DNA of 64,000 bases from an uncultured virus (IMG/VR IMGVR_UViG_3300036045_000006). Taxonomy: Duplodnaviria > Heunggongvirae > Uroviricota > Caudoviricetes. Position 1 is the stretch's first letter. Every line of letters begins with the position of its first letter. The notes under the pieces were generated by a model. It was not told the origin of the DNA. It worked only from the letters and a program-made list of their open reading frames with translations, and made no database searches. The position numbers and the translations under genes were made by a program. The stretch lies in the IMG/VR virus record IMGVR_UViG_3300036045_000006; one strand, given 5' to 3'. Below, piece after piece: positions 59,001 through 64,000 of the stretch.

Positions 59001-59046
59001 CACGCCCGTAGGCGGTTCCGAGATTCGCGCCGCTGTCCATCGACAT
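56020..59046 (-). CDS. Tape measure protein (1008 aa)
   Basis: NLGTAYGRVVID start, TP901-like core, periodic Trp/Pro amphipathic repeats. Confidence 0.95.
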   Translation of the reverse strand: MSMDSGANLGTAYGRVVIDASGVRAGMDEARRAFSAGLSGIGDGLRGVGQQLSGLGSQLTQTFTPFAAGLGVATRSAVNFEESIANIAAVMGRPLSEMQAMSNELQRMGEESRFGPQSVADAMYDVVGGVADASTHMDILTNAIALAEAGNANLGGATNAMISIMNSYGYSADQAAFASDVLTRTVGMGVGTMDQFASALPQVTGLANSMGIRLEDLGASAAYLTTQGNTASQATTQLGAMMSALLNPNERMRAGLQRLGFASGRAAVEQLGLVGAYQALAGEFGQDAIAPMVGSVEALRGVTALASENFTEFSETYVDGIDGATTAAREIQMESAAAQFDLLKSSISGLAIEIGQAMLPVLNDIVGAVRPVIRAITGWVQENPGLARTIGVVVAALGVLGPILIGIGGFVTAVGTAIGGLGAAFGLLFSPIGLIVGAIAGLYAAFQSNLGGIRDLVQPVIDTLSRGFERLVFAIDTFFAYLRDFGLHEAILGIFGEGTMDETMQSTLEGVLVSFGMARDRAIAVVQSLYQATQRVVNTVRGVFETLATFITQIVIPGFQALVSWFVSEGLPAIVNFVIDVALPAIRSFFEWLGTAWETVIRPGLEAMYTWFVVDALPAIAAFITGTVIPAIQSFFQFLANAWAVVAPALVQIANWFLTEAVPAIVAVIRDQLLPLIQTVINTLAGLWAVVAPALAALATWFLQDALPAILNFISGTVIPAIGQFINVLRGIWEVVGPIITFLVDWFITTGLPLALDFINNVAIPIIQTFIGILQDIWNLVSPVIQGLIDWFTTTGWPIIEGVITGVITPAIQGLIDILAGIWSAVSVGINLFRDSLSAVFNFVSTNIIQPVIDLIESIVEVVQRVAGTVGDVVNGISSTVGGAINAVEAASPFRSGTGVLRGIDNTGGFLRDVGRGISGIFRDSGGPGWAGQAYMIGAGAQPELFVPSTNGQFIPNFDRVLSAIAAGSQQQSPLVGSMNVYANSYEEGQAAGRGAWDQIEQLRRAQG

Positions 59047-59063
59047 CGGCCAGTATCCTTAAA

Positions 59064-59098
59064 TAAAAAAGCGCCAAGAGTTGACACACTCTTGGCGC
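59064..59098 (-). terminator. Intrinsic terminator directly upstream of TMP
   Basis: 11-bp stem GCGCCAAGAGT/ACTCTTGGCGC (59071-59081/59088-59098) followed by T6 on the - strand. Confidence 0.75.
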
Positions 59099-59114
59099 GC
59101 TTCAGGTTATCTCA

Positions 59115-59132
59115 ATTATAGCACAGTCGTTC
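59115..59132 (-). promoter_or_regulatory. LexA-type box abutting a -10 element
   Basis: On the - strand GAACGACTGTGC then TATAAT; same layout as 19504-19521. Confidence 0.6.
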
Positions 59133-59166
59133 TATGCACAAACGGCGAAGCGATCCGCTTACGCCG

Positions 59167-59463
59167 TCACATGACAAGTGTGCTTCTGCCCTGCGCCAGC
59201 GCCAGCGCGGTCAGCGAGATCACCCCGCTGCGCGCGCCGATCTGCGCCCGCCCTTCCAGGATGTCTTCCAGGGTAAACATCGGTTTGCCCTGCTTGTCGC
59301 GTTCGTCGAGTTTGTGCTCGACGTAACGGCCATAGACACCCACGGCCCGGTCGACCATAAAGGCCAGCCAGGGATCCTCAATCGCCAGCAGCAGGCTCGG
59401 CCTCGATCCGTAGTCCTTCGCTGTGAGGTGCAGCGTCCACACGGCCAGCTTGTTCTGCAGGAA
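59167..59463 (-). CDS. Tail assembly chaperone, second (T) frame
   Basis: Overlaps the chaperone gene in the +1 frame, open from the TTT-C site: FLQNKLAVWTLHLTAKDYGSRPS. Confidence 0.7.
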   Translation of the reverse strand, partial: FLQNKLAVWTLHLTAKDYGSRPSLLLAIEDPWLAFMVDRAVGVYGRYVEHKLDERDKQGKPMFTLEDILEGRAQIGARSGVISLTALALAQGRSTLVM

Positions 59464-59881
59464 ACGCCTCCGCCGCGTCCCTCCCGCGCGGCATCGACCA
59501 GTTCATCACCCACATTTTGTCCGTCGAGTCGAGGTCGCTGTAGGCGATTTCGCCCGCCTCGTAGTCCGGCTCGCGGCTGGCTGGCGCGATGCGCGGTTCC
59601 ACAAATGCCAGGCGCACCAGCTTTTCCATGAACGTGCCCAGCCCGGCCAGGCGTTTACGATCCTCGCTGTCGTTGCCGGTGAACATCTCCACGTCGCGAT
59701 GCTCGCCGGTGATCTCGCGGGCGACCATACCGGTCAGCCAGTCGGGGACATCGCCGTTATCGGAGGACATCACCAGACCGACGATGTCGGGCTTCTTCAG
59801 CCGCGCGACCTTCCCCGACGGCAGCACTTCCTCAAAGGTGACGGGCTTCCAGAGCGCAGCAGGCGTTACGGCGCGGTTCAT
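59378..59881 (-). CDS. Tail assembly chaperone (G)
   Basis: Between tail tube and TMP; LPSGKVARLKKP, AFVEPRI. Confidence 0.8.
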   Translation of the reverse strand: MNRAVTPAALWKPVTFEEVLPSGKVARLKKPDIVGLVMSSDNGDVPDWLTGMVAREITGEHRDVEMFTGNDSEDRKRLAGLGTFMEKLVRLAFVEPRIAPASREPDYEAGEIAYSDLDSTDKMWVMNWSMPRGRDAAEAFPAEQAGRVDAAPHSEGLRIEAEPAAGD

Positions 59882-59883
59882 GG

Positions 59884-60480
59884 TCAATCCCACAGGTCTT
59901 CCAGATACGACTGGAATGCCAGCTGCGTAGCGGGCAACGCGGCGGCCGTTTCATTGGTGCGCAGCAGGTACAGTTCGCGTTTGATCACGGATGGCGAGAA
60001 GAAGCTGAACGCTGCCTCGCCGCGGCGGAACCGGTTCTGTTCCACATCAAAGGCCGGGTAGGTTTCCAGCAGGCACTTGGGGAAAGCGACGACACAGTTC
60101 GCGCCGTTGAGCGCCGCGTACTCGACAATCATGCCGAAGTAGGGTAGACCCTGGCCGCCGGTTTTCGGCTTGGCGATCGTATAACGATTTGGCGTCGTAC
60201 CATATGTCTGTGCGGTGATGCCCAGCATCGGGACACTGGACCCAGTCAGGTCGAGCGACCCCAGCATCAGCGTGCCTGTGCCCTTCTTGATGATGCTGAT
60301 CGCCTCTACCGTCTGGCCGCCGCTGTTGAGTTCGTCGTTATCGGCCTCAAATTCAAACGAGACGCGGTCGATGTAGTCGACAAAAACGGGCGTGCCGTAA
60401 ACGATGTCGGGGTCGGTCGCGGTGATGGCCGCGACGACCGCCGCTTTGGGGTTGTAAATCACGTCGCCATATTTCGGCAT
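59884..60480 (-). CDS. Major tail (tube) protein
   Basis: Position, 198 aa, beta-rich, YGTPV and VAFPKC motifs. Confidence 0.8.
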   Translation of the reverse strand: MPKYGDVIYNPKAAVVAAITATDPDIVYGTPVFVDYIDRVSFEFEADNDELNSGGQTVEAISIIKKGTGTLMLGSLDLTGSSVPMLGITAQTYGTTPNRYTIAKPKTGGQGLPYFGMIVEYAALNGANCVVAFPKCLLETYPAFDVEQNRFRRGEAAFSFFSPSVIKRELYLLRTNETAAALPATQLAFQSYLEDLWD

Positions 60481-60483
60481 GGA

Positions 60484-60924
60484 TTATGTCCTCACGTGTA
60501 CTACTTGAATGCGGACCATCTGAGTCGGTCGCCCGACTTCCCTGGCGGTAAAGCGGCGGGTTCCGCCGACTTCGATTGTGTGCGCCAGGGCCACGTCGTC
60601 GGTATGCCAGTACTGGTTATCGAGCGCTTTGCCAATCGCTGACGCGCCGGCCTGAAGTGCGCTGATACCCGTCTCGGCATATACGTAAATCTCGATAAAG
60701 CCCTGAAACGCCTGCACGCTCTGGGGCGCCAGACGCGCATACTCGCCGAAATTCATCACCGCATAAGGCAGCAGCGTCACCCCGTCTGATGCACGTGGCG
60801 CAGCGGTCGCGCCGCCGCCGTCGTAAGGGAGTGTATCGTGATCCTTCACACCGCCAGGCAGCGCAGCGATCACCCCTGCATTGGTATTGAGCGCGTTCAA
60901 CAGGGACTCGCGAAACGTCGCCAT
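60484..60924 (-). CDS. Tail terminator protein
   Basis: Neck-module position; LPYAVMNFG...IEIYVY. Confidence 0.65.
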   Translation of the reverse strand: MATFRESLLNALNTNAGVIAALPGGVKDHDTLPYDGGGATAAPRASDGVTLLPYAVMNFGEYARLAPQSVQAFQGFIEIYVYAETGISALQAGASAIGKALDNQYWHTDDVALAHTIEVGGTRRFTAREVGRPTQMVRIQVVHVRT

Positions 60925-61274
60925 CAGACAAAAATCCCGGCCAGCATCTGCGCGATCGCAGTCAGATGCGCTTGAATGGTCGGCCAGACCACAGCGTAGC
61001 GGCCTTCGTTGGCAACTTCGAGATAAATCCCGTAATCAACGCCGTGCGCCAGGTAAAGCGCCACCACGTCCTGGCCCAGCCGCTGCGTAAAGGCATACAG
61101 CGACTGACGCGCGTTGCCGGTACGGTCGGTCCAGGGCGCGTTGGCTTTGGCGTAAGCCTCAAACACCCCGGCGAAATAGGTGGCGACCGCGTCGATCGCG
61201 TCGTACACCCGGCCTTCATAGGTGTGCATGGCGGTGATCATCGCGCTATCGCCACGCCATTCGATGTGACTCAT
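60924..61274 (-). CDS. HK97 gp10-like neck protein
   Basis: AKANAPWTDRTGNARQSL...HGVDYGIYLE. Confidence 0.8.
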   Translation of the reverse strand: MSHIEWRGDSAMITAMHTYEGRVYDAIDAVATYFAGVFEAYAKANAPWTDRTGNARQSLYAFTQRLGQDVVALYLAHGVDYGIYLEVANEGRYAVVWPTIQAHLTAIAQMLAGIFV

Positions 61275-61642
61275 GACAGCGCCTCACAGCGCGCCTGCAC
61301 TTCGCCGGGCTGGGTGACGATGGCGATCACACGGTACTGGATGCCGTTGTGAGCGAAGCGATCGTTAGCCCGGATGTCGGTATCCTCCACGTCGGGATGA
61401 CCCCGCACGCCAAAGATCACCGCTTCCTGCCGACCGGACTGCACCGTACTCTCGCCCTCGACCTGGCGGTGTGTGTTGCTGATCTCGATTCGCACGGTTT
61501 GCGAATTCAGCGCGACGCCGCTGCGCACGAGAACGATGTCCGCCGGGACATCCTGAATGCAGCGCCAGGCGTCACCGGCCTGAGACGCGATCGCTACCGC
61601 GCCGGTGTAGCTGGAGTCGATATAAGCGTCCAGGTCAGGCAT
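61271..61642 (-). CDS. Head closure (stopper) protein
   Basis: DTDIRANDRF...YRVIAI; position. Confidence 0.65.
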   Translation of the reverse strand: MPDLDAYIDSSYTGAVAIASQAGDAWRCIQDVPADIVLVRSGVALNSQTVRIEISNTHRQVEGESTVQSGRQEAVIFGVRGHPDVEDTDIRANDRFAHNGIQYRVIAIVTQPGEVQARCEALS

Positions 61643-62015
61643 CCGGGAATTCCTTTTCCGGGCGGGGGCTGCCGCCCTTCAGGGTGAACCAGCGCGCACC
61701 AGATTCCCCCATCCCCTCGTCTTCCAGGATTTTGTTGAGCCGGGCCTGACGATGGCCGATCAGCTTGCCGAAGTGCGCGAATATCTGGCTGGCTTTACGC
61801 TGCGAATCGTTCTGCGTGTAATCCACGCGGGCTACCGCCTGCGCCTGGAACTGCTCCAGCGCCAGAATGCGCACGTATTCCTCTTGTGCCTTTGCGCTGG
61901 CCGGGTAGTCGGCGGCGGCGCGGACATAGAAATCGTCAATCTCCGCCGCCGATAACGACTCCGGCGAAGCCCCGACATCGGCCCGGACACGGTTACGCTG
62001 TAGCTCGGTGGGCAT
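61635..62015 (-). CDS. Head-tail adaptor protein
   Basis: RVRADVG...LSAAEID; position; ATG 62015. Confidence 0.65.
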   Translation of the reverse strand: MPTELQRNRVRADVGASPESLSAAEIDDFYVRAAADYPASAKAQEEYVRILALEQFQAQAVARVDYTQNDSQRKASQIFAHFGKLIGHRQARLNKILEDEGMGESGARWFTLKGGSPRPEKEFPDA

Positions 62016-63000
62016 GTCGGTCGCACGCCTCCTGATAAATACCGTACACCTGCCGTGCGAAGCGGTCCCAGGTGTACCGGCTGCGCACATACCGGCTGGC
62101 GATGCGTGCCATGAACTGTGCGTGTTCCTGACGTTCGACCATCCGGGTCATCAGTTCAGCGAGGTGATCCTGATCGGGAATCGCCCACTGGCCCATGCCG
62201 CGCCATTCCGGATCGCTCGTCCAGGCATCGCCCAGCGTATACCGGAGCGGCCAGCCCCACAGCATCAGGTCGTCCGCCGTGCCGCCAAAGTCGGTGGCGA
62301 TCACGGGTCCGCCAGTCGCGGCGAATTCGCGCGGCGGAAAGCCGAAGCCTTCGGCGCTGGTGGGGAATACCATGCAGTCGGCGCGCGTGTATAACGCCGC
62401 CATCTGCGCCTCGCTGTAGGTGGCGCGGATGATCTCGATGTTGGCGTTGCGCACGTTGACCGGGAAATGCTGTGCTTTCACGATCAGCCTTACGTCATCC
62501 CGATCGCCGAAAGCCTGCACGAACGCCCACATCGCGACATGCCAGTTTTTGCGTTCGGCCCGATCGCCGATGGCCAGGAACGTGTACGGCTTGCGATGCA
62601 GCGGTCGCTCCACATACTGGAACGTCTCGCTGATGCCGAGCGGCACGCAGTACACCGGCACCGTCACACCCGCCGCGCGAAACACCTCGACATTCCAGCG
62701 GCAGGGGACGATCACCGCGTCCATCTGATTGAGCGTCTCCACCCACCCGGGCGGCAGCACCGTCCCCTCAAACATCGTGATCGCCACACGCGGGCCGGTG
62801 CTGGCAACAAGCGGGCCGAAATGCTCGAAGTGCGAGGGGTAGCCCAGCAGAACCCCACCGGTACAGGGCACGAGATGCGCGCCCTCCTGACCGATGCGAT
62901 TCACATGCAGCCCCATCTGTTCGAGACGGCCCGCCAGTTCCAAAGCGAGGCGGCCGTAGGAGATTTCGATCTCCCAGTTGAACGCCGCGACGTTGATCAC
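61993..63000 (-). CDS. GT4-family (GT-B) glycosyltransferase
   Basis: AITMFE, VIVPCRWN, ERKNW, ADCMVFPTSAEGFGFPPREFAATGGPVIATD. Confidence 0.92.
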   Translation of the reverse strand: MINVAAFNWEIEISYGRLALELAGRLEQMGLHVNRIGQEGAHLVPCTGGVLLGYPSHFEHFGPLVASTGPRVAITMFEGTVLPPGWVETLNQMDAVIVPCRWNVEVFRAAGVTVPVYCVPLGISETFQYVERPLHRKPYTFLAIGDRAERKNWHVAMWAFVQAFGDRDDVRLIVKAQHFPVNVRNANIEIIRATYSEAQMAALYTRADCMVFPTSAEGFGFPPREFAATGGPVIATDFGGTADDLMLWGWPLRYTLGDAWTSDPEWRGMGQWAIPDQDHLAELMTRMVERQEHAQFMARIASRYVRSRYTWDRFARQVYGIYQEACDRHAHRATA

Positions 63001-63003
63001 GGA

Positions 63004-64000
63004 TTAGCTGTTGGCGGTCGCCGTCGCCAGGGTCGGCCAGGTAATCTCTTCGGTGGTCGCCGCGATGTTGGCGTACACGCCAAAGTAGGTGTCCCAGATC
63101 ACCTTGTCGATCACAAACCGGCTCATGTCGCCATCGCCGCGCTGCTCTCGCAAAGGCAGCTTCACCCAACTCTGGAAGTCCGACATGCGCATCGACATAT
63201 CGATCAGATACGCCTTGCCTGCGGTCACGCCAGGATAGTTGCGCACCAGCTTGCCGCGCTGGCTGGCCCACCCGTTATAAACGATGACCCGATCGATCAT
63301 GCTGAGCACATCACCCTGAAGCGTGATGCCCTGCTGCGCCACCGCTGTCAACGCGCGATGCACATTGAAGACATCACTTTGCGAAATCAGCAGCGTGTAC
63401 GGCCCACGGCGCGGATTGGTCGTATCTTCGGTCGCGTTCACCACCGCTTTTTCCAGCAGACGCAGGTAGCGTGCCGGCAGCTCTTCCTTGGAGCTGTACA
63501 CCACATCGGTCGCCGCCGTTTGGTTAGCGGACGTGTAGGTGTAATTGAGGAACGGCGCGAAGTGGTAATGGTTCAGCATCGCGCTGTATGCGATACCGGC
63601 CCACCGTTCAATGAGAGGCAGATTGACATACTCGTTGAACAGAAACAGGTCTTCGGTGTACTCGATGCCCAACCCGAGGTGCATCAGAGAAACCGATTTA
63701 CTGCCGCTGTTGAGCGTGCCCATCTTGACCTCGCCGCCTTCCTGAATCTGTTCAAAGATCAGGCCGCCTTCACGCATCTGGTAAATCGTAACGTTCCGAG
63801 GCAGTCCGGCATCCTGAACGGTCTGGTAGAGGCTGTCGTACAGAATAGGTTCTTCCTGCCTGCCTGCCTCAACCTCATATCGCTGACGGTTAAACCACTC
63901 ATCCGGAAACGTGCCGGTGGAAAGAAATTCCGCCATCATGTTTTCGCCGGAGCGGTAAACACGGAAATGATCGAGCAGGTTGAAGCCCTCGCGGAATTTC
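63004..64000 (-). CDS. Major capsid protein, N-terminus beyond the right edge
   Basis: Frame is open to the edge (KFREGFNLLDHFRVYRSGENMM...); HK97-like EQIQEGGEVKMG...LGLGIEYTED; precedes neck genes. Confidence 0.8.
   Translation of the reverse strand, partial: KFREGFNLLDHFRVYRSGENMMAEFLSTGTFPDEWFNRQRYEVEAGRQEEPILYDSLYQTVQDAGLPRNVTIYQMREGGLIFEQIQEGGEVKMGTLNSGSKSVSLMHLGLGIEYTEDLFLFNEYVNLPLIERWAGIAYSAMLNHYHFAPFLNYTYTSANQTAATDVVYSSKEELPARYLRLLEKAVVNATEDTTNPRRGPYTLLISQSDVFNVHRALTAVAQQGITLQGDVLSMIDRVIVYNGWASQRGKLVRNYPGVTAGKAYLIDMSMRMSDFQSWVKLPLREQRGDGDMSRFVIDKVIWDTYFGVYANIAATTEEITWPTLATATANS

Overview
The window (GC-rich, roughly 60% by eye) holds nearly the whole genome of a long-tailed (siphovirus-type) bacteriophage, probably a temperate phage-plasmid. 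It begins inside a MuF-like head gene and ends inside the major capsid gene on the same strand, so a circular genome would lack only a short head-gene segment. Layout: 1-11353 (-) packaging and head genes, including an unusual fibre/adhesin cassette between portal and MuF; 11.9-24.3 kb (+) early accessory cassettes, several with their own sigma70 promoter and palindromic operator; 24.3-30.4 kb (-) HerA-like ATPase, ParB, ParA and small regulators; 30.9-49.5 kb (+) RecT, replication initiator with iterons, DnaB, DNA methyltransferase, a dispersed ubiquitin-like Ub/E2/E1 (PRTRC-type) system, a Mom-like enzyme and an exonuclease; 49.5-64 kb (-) lysis-position genes without a recognisable endolysin, tail, neck, glycosyltransferase and capsid genes. 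I recognised no integrase, CI-type repressor, tRNA or CRISPR array. Most notable signals: (i) about ten LexA-type boxes (GAAC-N4-GTTC) at packaging, tail, lysis and recombination promoters; (ii) an antisense-RNA/leader-peptide control module upstream of the initiator; (iii) a LexA-boxed small RNA candidate with several anti-Shine-Dalgarno motifs; (iv) a phage-encoded Ub-E2-E1 system lacking a JAB protease; (v) a head-module adhesin with twenty 23-aa repeats. A Chloroflexota host is an inference only. All family assignments come from motif recognition by eye, not database searches.
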